Shown in pieces: positions 45,865 through 54,877 of a stretch of DNA of 64,000 bases (position 1 is the first letter of the stretch; each line of letters opens with the position of its first letter). The notes beneath the pieces are model-generated. The model was given only the letters and a program-made list of their open reading frames with translations. It was not told the DNA's origin and did not search any database. The DNA comes from Minisyncoccota bacterium. GTDB taxonomy: Bacteria > Patescibacteriota > Minisyncoccia > UBA6257 > 2-01-FULL-56-20. The position numbers and the translations under genes are program-made. Where the stretch lies: NCBI GenBank assembly GCA_035509435.1, contig DATJLR010000007.1, forward strand, positions 1,555-65,554. Reading direction: 5' to 3'.

Positions 45865-46623
45865 TCAGGCGGCGACGGCGACGTTCCCTTTGAGGAACCC
45901 CACCAGCCGCGTGTCGACCGGCGGGTTCGCCGCGACGACGTTGGCCGCCACGACTGCCTCGTTCACTCGCGCGAAACGGAGATAGCTTTCCACTTCCGCT
46001 TCGTGAAAGTCGGAGGATGCATCAAGGATGTCCGGTGGCAGATCGGCCACCGAATCGGCCTCGAGCAGGTCCCCCGTGACACAGAGCACGTCCGAATCGA
46101 AAAGGCGCCCGTACGTCTCCCGATTCCGGTAATGCTCGGAGGTGAACAGCGTCTCGGCGTCCGATGAACGCACGACGATCGCGCAGCAGGAGCAACCGAA
46201 TGCCAAGCGGAGGCCGAATGCTTCCGCGAGGATCCCGTTGACCTTCGCGACGCCGTCGGTGCGCAACGCGAGCTTTTCGCACGCGCCGTGCATGAGCTCG
46301 CTCTCGCGCGTCTTCACGCGCTGCACCCGTTCCTGCTCCTCGTTCCAGAAGAGGACGGAGAGCGGATTCGAGACGGCCTTGATGGAAAGGCCGCGGATCC
46401 GCGAGAACGACCCCTGGAGATAGCGGTGCACCACCTCGAGGATCGTGGTGACCTCGAGAAGGCGCGGCGCGTTGATGGCGTCCGCGATCCTCGCGATCAC
46501 ATCCCCTCCTACGAGAGGATAGGCTTCGGCGAGGTACGGGGTGTCGTTCGGGTGAAAGTAGCCGTAGATGGTCCGGTTACCGTTCGCGTGGAGGGCGGGG
46601 TGATCCTTCATGATCGATCTCAT
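45865..46623 (-). CDS. Hypothetical protein
   Basis: 252-aa ORF with consistent codon usage; no motif recognised. Confidence 0.4.
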   Translation of the reverse strand: MRSIMKDHPALHANGNRTIYGYFHPNDTPYLAEAYPLVGGDVIARIADAINAPRLLEVTTILEVVHRYLQGSFSRIRGLSIKAVSNPLSVLFWNEEQERVQRVKTRESELMHGACEKLALRTDGVAKVNGILAEAFGLRLAFGCSCCAIVVRSSDAETLFTSEHYRNRETYGRLFDSDVLCVTGDLLEADSVADLPPDILDASSDFHEAEVESYLRFARVNEAVVAANVVAANPPVDTRLVGFLKGNVAVAA

Positions 46624-46647
46624 AAATCTCCTTTTCTTGATCCGCCG

Positions 46648-46971
46648 CTATGCGGCATGGCTGGGGTGGTTGATGAGACCCTCGAAGTCGTGGACCATAC
46701 GATCCACGGCACCTTGGGCACGAAGATAATTCGTGATCGCTGACGACTGCTCGTCCGTCAGCGTCGCGTGGTGCTCGGAGATGATCCGGATAGGGTCATC
46801 GTATACTCCCACATGCACATGATCGCCGTATTCGCACACGGCAGGATCACAGCGATGCGGGAGCACGTTGACGCCCTTGAACGTACGCCCGTCCACTTCC
46901 CACGTGGGAAAATAGAGACGAAGCTCCTCCTCTCCTTTATGATTTGCGAAAACAGCGAGCATTGCCTGCAT
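46648..46971 (-). CDS. Hypothetical protein (His/Cys-containing, possibly metal-binding)
   Basis: 107-aa ORF next to the Fur gene; contains HRCDPAVCEYGDHVHVG. Confidence 0.35.
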   Translation of the reverse strand: MQAMLAVFANHKGEEELRLYFPTWEVDGRTFKGVNVLPHRCDPAVCEYGDHVHVGVYDDPIRIISEHHATLTDEQSSAITNYLRAQGAVDRMVHDFEGLINHPSHAA

Positions 46972-47040
46972 ATTCGATCCTCCTGCATCTAAAAGATCTA
47001 TAACGAATATACCCGTTGGACAGCCCTGCGGTCAAATTAA

Positions 47041-47075
47041 TTGCAAATATTTCGCATTTAGATTATGCTGGATCC
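47041..47075 (+). promoter_or_regulatory. Promoter TTGCAA-N17-TATGCT overlapping a Fur-box-like palindrome (aattgcaaatatttcgcatt)
   Basis: Immediately upstream of the Fur-family ORF's internal ATG (47076); suggests autoregulation. Confidence 0.5.
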
Positions 47076-47525
47076 ATGCAAAAGAAGACCGATTTCCGTC
47101 AGGTGCTAAGAAAGAGCGGCTTCAAAGCGACGCCTTCGCGGCTTGCGATCCTTGAAGTATTCCGGAATTCACGCAGGCCTCTCAGCGCCCAAGGCATCAT
47201 CGATCTTCTTCCCCGCGGCATCGACCAGGCCACCGTCTATCGGACATTACGATCGCTCCAAGAGAAAGGCGTCATCAAGCAGATCGATCTGCGCCACAAC
47301 CATGCCCATTATGAGATCGCCGACCTCGCGGACCACCATCATCTTGTCTGCCTCTCGTGCGGAAAGATCGAGAACGTAGAACATCACAATGTCGAGGCGA
47401 TGGAGCGCGTGATATTGCACAACGCAAAACACTTTGCGGAGATCAAACAGCACACGCTTGAGTTCTACGGCATCTGCAAAGCATGCGCGAAACGACCGAG
47501 GGCCGCGGAAAAGGAGGGGTCGTAA
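47076..47525 (+). CDS. Fur family transcriptional regulator (Fur/Zur/PerR)
   Basis: MQKKTDFRQVLRKSGFKATPSRLAILEVF (wHTH), HHHLVCLSCGKIENVEHH, CKAC metal sites. The track ORF starts at a TTG at 47016 that reads through the promoter, so ATG 47076 is preferred. Confidence 0.8.
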   Translation: MQKKTDFRQVLRKSGFKATPSRLAILEVFRNSRRPLSAQGIIDLLPRGIDQATVYRTLRSLQEKGVIKQIDLRHNHAHYEIADLADHHHLVCLSCGKIENVEHHNVEAMERVILHNAKHFAEIKQHTLEFYGICKACAKRPRAAEKEGS

Positions 47526-47535
47526 TATTCCGGCC

Positions 47536-48015
47536 TCAATTCAGCCGCCAGATTGAATAATTCAGATAGAGGGCAAAGCTTACCCAGAGGATGTACGGCG
47601 CAAGCAGCCATGCCGCCGAACGGGAAATTTTTGAAAAGGCAGTTATCGTCGCAACGATCACGATCCACATCGCAATAATTTCGATTAGTGCCCACGCGGG
47701 GCTATGCAGGCCGAAAAATATGATAGACCACAAGGCGTTCAGTATCAGCTGAATGGCAAAGAGAGAAAGCGCGGCCTTGACCCCTTTGCTATTCCATCCC
47801 TTGCGCCAGACGAGAAACGCCGCAATGCCCATAAGGAGGTAGAGCGTCGTCCAGACCGGCCCGAAGATCCACGCGGGCGGATTGAGCGCGGGCTTGGCGA
47901 GCGTCGCGTACCATATCGGAATCGCTGAAACAGTAAAAATGGAGCCGATGACTCCAGCAGCTTCGGAAACAACCACGGCGATGATAAGCTTAAGCCAGTC
48001 AAATTTTTGCTTCAT
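47536..48015 (-). CDS. tspO: TspO/MBR family tryptophan-rich sensory protein
   Basis: LNPPAWIFGPVWTTLYLLMGIAAFLVW; five TM helices. Confidence 0.85.
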   Translation of the reverse strand: MKQKFDWLKLIIAVVVSEAAGVIGSIFTVSAIPIWYATLAKPALNPPAWIFGPVWTTLYLLMGIAAFLVWRKGWNSKGVKAALSLFAIQLILNALWSIIFFGLHSPAWALIEIIAMWIVIVATITAFSKISRSAAWLLAPYILWVSFALYLNYSIWRLN

Positions 48016-48080
48016 GGCTTGGAACGCTTTTATCTTAGCACGCTTTTGGGCTGCTCGTATAAGGCATCCTATCTGTTATA

Positions 48081-49067
48081 ATGGCAGGGATGAAGTCGCC
48101 AAATTCACCCTTGATGTATGCACGACGACGACGCGCGAACAAAAAATGGCTGTGGGTGGCAGTTGCAGCCATCACTTGCCTGATTGTGCTATGCGGCTGG
48201 TGGGCTTTCGCCCGATCGCCAGCGTCCCCGTCTGCGAATACGCCGCCCGGCACGCTCGCGTGGCCGTCGTTCGGACAGGCCGCCGTCGGCATCGTTGGCA
48301 CGAGCACGATCCAAACATACGGCGATCAAACGCCAGTGCCGACGGCGAGTACCGCAAAAATGATCACCGCTCTCGTGGTGCTCCAAGCCAAACCGCTCTC
48401 GCCCGGCCAAACCGGTCCGATGCTTACCATGTCGCGCGATGACCTTGTCTTATTGAAAACCTACGCCGCCCTTGATGGCTCGAGAATCACCAAAATGGGG
48501 GTCGGCGAACAGCTGAGCGAGTATCAGATGCTGGAAGCCATGATGCTACCCTCCGCCGACAATGCAGCCGACAGCCTGGCCATCTGGGCGTATGGCTCGC
48601 TGCCCGCATACAGCGCAGCTGCCAACAGTTATCTGGCCGGTTTGGGCTTAAGCGGCACGCATGTGGGAACCGACGCGAGCGGCCTTGACCCGAGCACGGT
48701 AAGCACCGCGCACGACATGGTGCTCATCGGCGAACTTGTTATGCAGAATCCTGTGCTTGCGGAAATTGTTGGGGAGCAAAGTGTCAGCGGGTTTCCCTTG
48801 GTAGGCACCATTACCAACACGAACAGCTTGCTTGGCCAGGACGGGATCGTCGGCGTGAAGACCGGCAATAGCGACGAGCAGAGCGGCGCTTATGTGGCGG
48901 CCGCGGATGCCACTGTGAACGGAAAAACTGAAACCATCGTAACGGCAGTACTTGATGCGCCGAGCCTCGACGACGCCATGGATGCCAGCGTGCCGTTGAT
49001 AAAGAGCACCAGGTTTGGCTCTTTATCAAAATCCCGACCTAAAGCCACTCAGGATGTTTCTCTTTAA
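48081..49067 (+). CDS. D-alanyl-D-alanine carboxypeptidase (S11, PBP5-like)
   Basis: TM/signal; STAKMIT (SxxK), SADN (SxN), KTG-like region. Confidence 0.75.
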   Translation: MAGMKSPNSPLMYARRRRANKKWLWVAVAAITCLIVLCGWWAFARSPASPSANTPPGTLAWPSFGQAAVGIVGTSTIQTYGDQTPVPTASTAKMITALVVLQAKPLSPGQTGPMLTMSRDDLVLLKTYAALDGSRITKMGVGEQLSEYQMLEAMMLPSADNAADSLAIWAYGSLPAYSAAANSYLAGLGLSGTHVGTDASGLDPSTVSTAHDMVLIGELVMQNPVLAEIVGEQSVSGFPLVGTITNTNSLLGQDGIVGVKTGNSDEQSGAYVAAADATVNGKTETIVTAVLDAPSLDDAMDASVPLIKSTRFGSLSKSRPKATQDVSL

Positions 49068-49395
49068 TCGAATTAAACCATTCAGCACCAATGATATCTT
49101 CAAGGCTATAATCTTTAAACTCTTTTGATTGAGAGAGGTCGATGACATCTTTTTCGTCTACATAGACCTTGCATTCCCCGCTTGATTCCACGTCACGAAT
49201 TTCTCCTGGGAAAATTTGCAGGTTGATCTTGTTATTCTTGTGTCTCATATAAAAGAGCCAAATTTTTTGGCCGTTATGTAATGGCCCATATTTATCAACT
49301 AGCTTCTTAATCCAAATTTGATTACGTAATGAGAAATGTCCATCAGCATAGTCGTTCCAATCCCCATTGATAAATACTTGTTTCCCTGATTTCAT
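49039..49395 (-). CDS. Hypothetical protein in AT-rich island (candidate immunity/accessory)
   Basis: 118 aa; local GC roughly 38% versus ~60% for the flanks. Confidence 0.4.
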   Translation of the reverse strand: MKSGKQVFINGDWNDYADGHFSLRNQIWIKKLVDKYGPLHNGQKIWLFYMRHKNNKINLQIFPGEIRDVESSGECKVYVDEKDVIDLSQSKEFKDYSLEDIIGAEWFNSIKEKHPEWL

Positions 49396-49401
49396 GTTTT
49401 T

Positions 49402-49773
49402 TTAGCACTTAGAAAGCTCGAATTTCCCTACGTTCTCTTTAAAAGAATTGCCGTAAGCATATAGTTCGATTTGGGTAATACGGCCGTCCTTTCCCCATAA
49501 TACCGATCCGCCTCCATCATCGATATCCTGAGATTTTATTTCTGGTCCATCAAGCGGCCATCCTTTTTTTCTTAATTTATTTATATCAACAAGGTTCGCG
49601 TCCGAAGAAACGTCGAGCTTTATATAAAATCCCGTTTTAGTCCATTTTCGCTCTTTCAATTTAGCAGTATTTATTTGCACGGAAAGATTCTCGTCTTTAT
49701 AGCGTTGGGCGAACCATTGCAAAATAGCCTTTTCTAAACTATTCAACTGAACTTTGCTTGAAGATGATTCCAT
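49402..49773 (-). CDS. Hypothetical protein in AT-rich island (candidate immunity protein)
   Basis: 123-aa ORF in the same low-GC block, tightly spaced. Confidence 0.4.
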   Translation of the reverse strand: MESSSSKVQLNSLEKAILQWFAQRYKDENLSVQINTAKLKERKWTKTGFYIKLDVSSDANLVDINKLRKKGWPLDGPEIKSQDIDDGGGSVLWGKDGRITQIELYAYGNSFKENVGKFELSKC

Positions 49774-49787
49774 TCAAACTGGCGACG

Positions 49788-50108
49788 CTAAACTTGCTTC
49801 TTCTGTTTACTGTCATAAACAAATTCATAAGCGATATCCCCTTCCTTGTGCTGCTCAAAGAAATCCTTTGCTTTTTGGTAAGAAATTTCAAAACTATCAT
49901 CGGAATAGTCAGCAGAGTAATCTTGATCGATTTGGATCGCCCGAGGAGAAACATTTTTAAGTAAATGAAATCCATCGAAACCGAGTAAGCGCAAGTTGTT
50001 TTCTCTCAATAGACCAAGAAACACTACTGCGTCCTTCCTGTTGAGGAGAGTCGCATTATCGTAGGGTTTTAGTCTGTGTTCGGATAGGAATTGTTGTATT
50101 TTGTCCAT
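49788..50108 (-). CDS. Hypothetical protein in AT-rich island (candidate immunity protein)
   Basis: 106 aa; directly downstream of the toxin-like gene. Confidence 0.4.
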   Translation of the reverse strand: MDKIQQFLSEHRLKPYDNATLLNRKDAVVFLGLLRENNLRLLGFDGFHLLKNVSPRAIQIDQDYSADYSDDSFEISYQKAKDFFEQHKEGDIAYEFVYDSKQKKQV

Positions 50109-50120
50109 GGCTTTAATATA

Positions 50121-50729
50121 TCACTCAAATGGAAAGATTTCATCTGGAACTATGATGCCTGGTTCTTCCGGAACGACCTCCGGAATATATGGATCTTGAA
50201 TGGAAGAATCGGGATACCATTCAGGATCATTTTTGTTGGATACTTGAATTACTTGTTTAGTCACATTATCAACGGAAACATAGTTCCCCTGCTCATCATA
50301 ATACGCGGTCGCTGGATTGCCATTTGCCTTATTCGCTGCAGCGCGCGTGGTGAAGGGATTTCCATAAAGCTTGTCTATGTCTTGCTGAGTCCAACCGCGA
50401 CCCTCCATTTGATTGGATATTTTTTCTGGGATTACAGGACCGCTACCCCCTCCACCAGACCCTCCCGAAGTCACCAAACTTCCATACCCACCAATAGATA
50501 TCCACGGCGATCCCGTTCCACCCTGCCCTCCTCCAGCTGGCGTATTAACACCAACATTGTTCAGATTAGAAGGATTGCCTGCTTTGCCAATATTCGTAGA
50601 ACCAACATTATTTCCCTGACCCGGATTACTCATTGACCCTCCTGTTGTAGCGGCTAATTGCCCCAAGCTATTAACTATGGATTGCAAACTATTCACTATT
50701 TGCTGTAGTGAAGCGATAATAGATTTCAA
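50121..50729 (-). CDS. Gly/Asn-rich secreted protein with conserved C-terminal toxin-like domain (polymorphic-toxin-like)
   Basis: 202 aa; N-terminal LQQIVNSLQSIVNSLGQLAATTGG, Gly-rich linker, C-terminal GWTQQDIDKLYGNPFTTRAA...ATAYYDEQGNYVSVDNVTKQVIQVS, followed by three small ORFs. Confidence 0.45.
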   Translation of the reverse strand: MKSIIASLQQIVNSLQSIVNSLGQLAATTGGSMSNPGQGNNVGSTNIGKAGNPSNLNNVGVNTPAGGGQGGTGSPWISIGGYGSLVTSGGSGGGGSGPVIPEKISNQMEGRGWTQQDIDKLYGNPFTTRAAANKANGNPATAYYDEQGNYVSVDNVTKQVIQVSNKNDPEWYPDSSIQDPYIPEVVPEEPGIIVPDEIFPFE

Positions 50730-51027
50730 ATCTTTTCCGCTCGGATCTTTCTTGGTAATGGGATTATCATCGGAATACGAATACGCATTCTAAGCTGCCT
50801 TTCATCCCGAATACAACAAACCGAGGCCTCTCGGTCTTAAAAGAATCTACCTTGGCTGTTGCGGGGGCAAGACTCGGACTTGCTTCGGAAGCTTATGGGG
50901 CTTCCCGGAAAACCTTTCCCAACCCTCCCGCGCGATGATGCCTGCGCGGGCATTGAGGGCTCACGCATGCATCGCTGTCCTGTGCATTATATAAATTTTC
51001 TGGCGTGATTGTCAAAAGAACGGATTA

Positions 51028-52401
51028 GTGAGATTATCAATCCATATCCATTCCACAACGATGATGACAATGCCCGACGCGGTCGCGCAACACTTTAAAG
51101 GAAAGAAAATAACGCTCATGGGGCTGGGACTCCTGGGCCGCGGCGTGGGCGATGCGGAATTTTTGGCCGCATGCGGCGCGGAGGAGCTTATCGTGACGGA
51201 TCTGAAGACCGAGGCGGAGCTCGCGCCGTCGATCCAAAGATTAAAAGATCATAAAAATGTTGTTTATCACTTGGGCGGCCACCGCATGGAGGATTTTGAA
51301 GGCCGCGACATGATCGTGCGCGCGCCGAACACGCCGCTCGATTCGCCGTTCATCGCGCACGCGCGCGAGCACGGCATTCCGGTGGAGATGGACGCATCGC
51401 TCTTTGCAAAGCTCTCCCCTGCCACGATCGTGGGCATCACCGGCACGCGCGGCAAATCCACCGTCACCCACCTTATATATGAGATGGCGCGCGCGGCGGG
51501 GAAAAGCGCCGTGCTCGGCGGCAACGAGCGCGGGACGGCGACGCTTCCGCTCCTCGCGACGACCGATGCGCAAAGCGTGGTCGTCCTGGAACTCGACTCG
51601 TGGCAGCTCCAGGGGTTTGAGGACTCTAAGCTCAGTCCGCACATTTCCGTCTGGACGAACTTCATGCCCGACCACATGAACTATTACAAAGGCAACATGG
51701 AGCGCTACTTCCGCGACAAGGCCGCCATCGCGCGATTCCAAAAACCGGGAGATGTTTTTGTGACGACGACGGAGATAAAGGAGAAGATAGAAGCGCAGTT
51801 CGGCGCGCTCGCTGGCACGTGCATCACCGATCCAAACATTCCGGATGATTGGACGGTTGCATTGCCCGGCGAGCATAATCGCAGGAACGCCGCCTTTGCC
51901 CGCGCGGCGGCAGAGAGCCTGGGCGTGAGCGACGAGATCATTAAAAATATATTAAAAACATTTACCGGGCTGCCGGGGCGGCTGGAACTGCTCGGCGAAA
52001 AGAACGGTATCGCGTTCTATGATGACGCAAACTCCACGACGCCCGAAGCGACGATCGCGGCGCTCAAAGCGCTCGCTCCGCAGAACCGCCCGATAGTGCT
52101 TATCGCCGGAGGCAGCGACAAAGAGCTGGATTTCGCCGCGCTCGCGCCCGAGATAAAAGCGCGCGCAAAAAAGCTCATCCTCTTTAACGGCAAAGCGACG
52201 GACAAGATCGCGGCGCTCCTTGGCGCAGACACGCCGTTCACGCCGGCGGCGAGCATGGACGAGGCGTTCGCCGCTGCGCTCGCGGCCGCCGCGCCGGGCG
52301 ACATCATCCTCCTCTCCCCCGGCGCCACAAGCTTCGGCATCTTCAAGAACGAATACGATCGCGGCGACCAGTTCCGGGCGGCATTCAAGAAGCTCGCGTG
52401 A
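51028..52401 (+). CDS. murD: UDP-N-acetylmuramoylalanine--D-glutamate ligase
   Basis: KKITLMGLGLLGRGVG Rossmann fold, ITGTRGKSTVTHL P-loop, Mur ligase C-terminal domain. Confidence 0.9.
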   Translation: MRLSIHIHSTTMMTMPDAVAQHFKGKKITLMGLGLLGRGVGDAEFLAACGAEELIVTDLKTEAELAPSIQRLKDHKNVVYHLGGHRMEDFEGRDMIVRAPNTPLDSPFIAHAREHGIPVEMDASLFAKLSPATIVGITGTRGKSTVTHLIYEMARAAGKSAVLGGNERGTATLPLLATTDAQSVVVLELDSWQLQGFEDSKLSPHISVWTNFMPDHMNYYKGNMERYFRDKAAIARFQKPGDVFVTTTEIKEKIEAQFGALAGTCITDPNIPDDWTVALPGEHNRRNAAFARAAAESLGVSDEIIKNILKTFTGLPGRLELLGEKNGIAFYDDANSTTPEATIAALKALAPQNRPIVLIAGGSDKELDFAALAPEIKARAKKLILFNGKATDKIAALLGADTPFTPAASMDEAFAAALAAAAPGDIILLSPGATSFGIFKNEYDRGDQFRAAFKKLA

Positions 52402-52436
52402 TAGCGCGACCACGCCCGCGCGAGCGCCCGTAACGA

Positions 52437-52778
52437 TTGAAAAAACCGGCGTCATCGGCTAAGATGGTGGTAATGTCATCCTCCATCAACAAGAAGGAGC
52501 TGGAGCGTTTGGCCAAGCTCGCGCGGATCGAGCTCGACCCTGCCGAGGAAGAGAAATTGCTCAAAGACCTCGGCAATATCCTTGACCACTTTAAGGAGCT
52601 CCAGGCGCTCGACACCGCGAACGTCCCGCCCATGGCCGGCGGCACCGACCTCACGAACGTGTTCCGCGAGGACGGCGAAGATCACGGCGGACCCGAGAGC
52701 ACGAACCGCGGCGCGGGCGTTGACGCATTCCCCGAGTCAAAAGACGGCTACCTCAAAGTCCCGCCGGTATTTGAATAG
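52437..52778 (+). CDS. gatC: Asp/Glu-tRNA amidotransferase subunit C
   Basis: INKKELERLAKLARIELDPAEEEKLLKDLGNILDHFKELQALDTANVPP. Confidence 0.85.
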   Translation: MKKPASSAKMVVMSSSINKKELERLAKLARIELDPAEEEKLLKDLGNILDHFKELQALDTANVPPMAGGTDLTNVFREDGEDHGGPESTNRGAGVDAFPESKDGYLKVPPVFE

Positions 52779-52814
52779 CAAGAAACTATTTACCAGAAAC
52801 TAATTACCAGTACG

Positions 52815-54266
52815 GTGCCGCTTCACGAACTGACCATCAAAAAATTCCACGAGGGACTGCTCAACAAAGAGTTCTCCGCGCTCGAGGTCACGCAGGCGCA
52901 TTTTGACCGGATAAAAAAGCATGACCCGGAGATCGGCGCGTATCTGAGCCTGGCCGAAGAGTCCGCCGCGCGCGAAGCGAGCGCGGTGGATGTCGCGATC
53001 GCCGAAGGCGAGAACGTCGGCATGCTCGCCGGCGTGCCGCTCGGAATAAAGGACAACATCCTCATTAAAGACCTCCCCGCCACTGCTGCTTCAAAAATAT
53101 TGGAAAACTACATCGCGAGCTATGACGCGGGCGTGATCACAAAACTGAAATCTGAACGCGCGGTATTCCTCGGCAAGACGAACCTGGACGAATTCGCAAT
53201 GGGCGCATCGACAGAAAATTCCGCCTTCAAGATCACAAAGAACCCCCACGACACAACCCGCGTCCCGGGCGGCACATCCGGCGGATCCGCTGCGGCGGTC
53301 GCGGCGCATTTTGCGATCGCAGCGCTCGGCTCCGATACGGGAGGTTCCATCCGGCAGCCGGCAAGTTTTTGCGGCGTCGTAGGAATGAGCCCCACGTATG
53401 GCGCGGTCTCGCGCTCCGGCGTCATCGCCATGACGTCGAGCCTTGATCAGGTCGGCCCGATGACAAAGACGGTCGAAGACGCAGCGATCCTCTTTAAAGC
53501 GATCGCCGGCAAAGACCCGCTTGATTCGACAAGCGCCGATCGGGAATTCGAAAGCGATTTTACGGATCCCAAGCTTGATAAAATAAAACAGCTTACCGTC
53601 GGACTGCCGGAAGAATATTTTATAGACGGAACCGACCGTGTGGTCGCAAAAGAGATTGAGGACGTTATAGAAAAGCTGAAAGGGCTTGGTATGAAATTCA
53701 AAAGGGTTTCCCTGCCCCATACAAAATATGCAGTAGCTGCGTATTATATCTTTGTACCCGCAGAAGTAAGCTCCAACTTGGCCCGCTTCGATGGCATCCG
53801 TTACGGAAAAAGGGCGGCAAACGCAGAAACACTGCACGATGTCTACGTAAAAACACGGGGTGCCGGATTCGGCGTCGAGGCAAAACGACGGATAATACTT
53901 GGCACGTTCGTCCTATCTGCCGGATATTATGATGCATATTACGAAAAAGCTCAGCGCGTACGCACCCTCGTAAAGCGTGACTTCGAAGAGGCTTTCAAAG
54001 AAGTGGACGTCATGCTCACGCCGGTATCCCCCACTCCCGCCTTCAAGATCGGCGAGAAGATCGATGATCCGTTTGCGATGTATCTTTGCGATATGTTTAC
54101 TCTTCCATTAAAGCTTGGCGGATTTCCGGCCATCTCCATCCCCACCAAGCCGCCGGCGTCGCTCGCGCCGGGAGAGCTCCCTGTCGGCTTCCAGCTGATC
54201 GGCAAGAAATGGCACGAGGCGGACATCTTGGGGATCGGCCAATTTTATGAGAAACTGAACCAATGA
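52815..54266 (+). CDS. gatA: Glutamyl-tRNA(Gln) amidotransferase subunit A
   Basis: Amidase signature GGSSGGSAAAVAAHF; GTG start. Confidence 0.9.
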   Translation: MPLHELTIKKFHEGLLNKEFSALEVTQAHFDRIKKHDPEIGAYLSLAEESAAREASAVDVAIAEGENVGMLAGVPLGIKDNILIKDLPATAASKILENYIASYDAGVITKLKSERAVFLGKTNLDEFAMGASTENSAFKITKNPHDTTRVPGGTSGGSAAAVAAHFAIAALGSDTGGSIRQPASFCGVVGMSPTYGAVSRSGVIAMTSSLDQVGPMTKTVEDAAILFKAIAGKDPLDSTSADREFESDFTDPKLDKIKQLTVGLPEEYFIDGTDRVVAKEIEDVIEKLKGLGMKFKRVSLPHTKYAVAAYYIFVPAEVSSNLARFDGIRYGKRAANAETLHDVYVKTRGAGFGVEAKRRIILGTFVLSAGYYDAYYEKAQRVRTLVKRDFEEAFKEVDVMLTPVSPTPAFKIGEKIDDPFAMYLCDMFTLPLKLGGFPAISIPTKPPASLAPGELPVGFQLIGKKWHEADILGIGQFYEKLNQ

Positions 54267-54823
54267 CCACGTCGTCCGCGGCACAGGCGCTCCAGCAGTT
54301 CCAATCCTCCACGCAGGCCGTGAGCCAGAATTTTCTTGCTACCTACTTCGCGCATCTTGGCCTTCTGGAATTTTTTGGCCTCCTGATCGCCGTCGCGGCA
54401 TTCGGCGCCGTCATCTATATCGGCATCGAGACCGGCTACTTTTCCCTGCGCACCAGCCACTTCCGCCACATCATCCTGCAATCGAACATGTCGAAGCACG
54501 AGGCGCAGGAGTCCTGGCATAAGATCCAGGAACATTTCTATCGCGGCAGTGACAGCGACCTCAAGATCGCGATCCTCGAAGCGGACAAATTATTGAACGA
54601 AGCGCTGCGCGAAGCGGGCATCATGGGGATCCAGCTCGGCGACCGGCTCAAGAAAGCGACGGCGGCGCAGGTGCCGAACCTGAACGAGCTCTGGCAGGCG
54701 CACAAGCTGCGCAACCAGATCGCGCACGAGCCGAACTTCAAGCTCAAGCGCGACCTTGCCGAGCGGGCGCTCGGCATCTACGAGGAGACCCTCCGCAACC
54801 TTGGCGTCCTCGACGGCCATTAA
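54263..54823 (+). CDS. Hypothetical membrane protein
   Basis: 186 aa; start overlaps the gatA stop (ATGA); one TM segment. Confidence 0.4.
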   Translation: MTTSSAAQALQQFQSSTQAVSQNFLATYFAHLGLLEFFGLLIAVAAFGAVIYIGIETGYFSLRTSHFRHIILQSNMSKHEAQESWHKIQEHFYRGSDSDLKIAILEADKLLNEALREAGIMGIQLGDRLKKATAAQVPNLNELWQAHKLRNQIAHEPNFKLKRDLAERALGIYEETLRNLGVLDGH

Positions 54824-54831
54824 TTCGAAAC

Positions 54832-54870
54832 AAAAACTCCCTCTGTCAAGCGAGACAGAGGGAGTTTTTG
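54832..54870. terminator. Bidirectional intrinsic terminator
   Basis: aaaaactccctctgtcaagcgagacagagggagtttttgttt. Confidence 0.8.
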
Positions 54871-54877
54871 TTTCAGT

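Noticed and set aside
47016-47075. N-terminal 20-aa extension of the Fur-family ORF (track start TTG 47016).
   Set aside because: The extension reads straight through the TTGCAA-N17-TATGCT promoter and Fur-box palindrome. ATG 47076 gives a normal Fur N-terminus.
50730-51027. RNase P RNA or tmRNA in the murD-upstream intergenic region.
   Set aside because: The minus strand has GGAAAGG...CCGGG, but the spacing does not fit the P4 consensus AGGAAAGUCCGGGCUCC, the region is too short (~300 nt), and no tag-peptide reading frame or tRNA-like ends are present.
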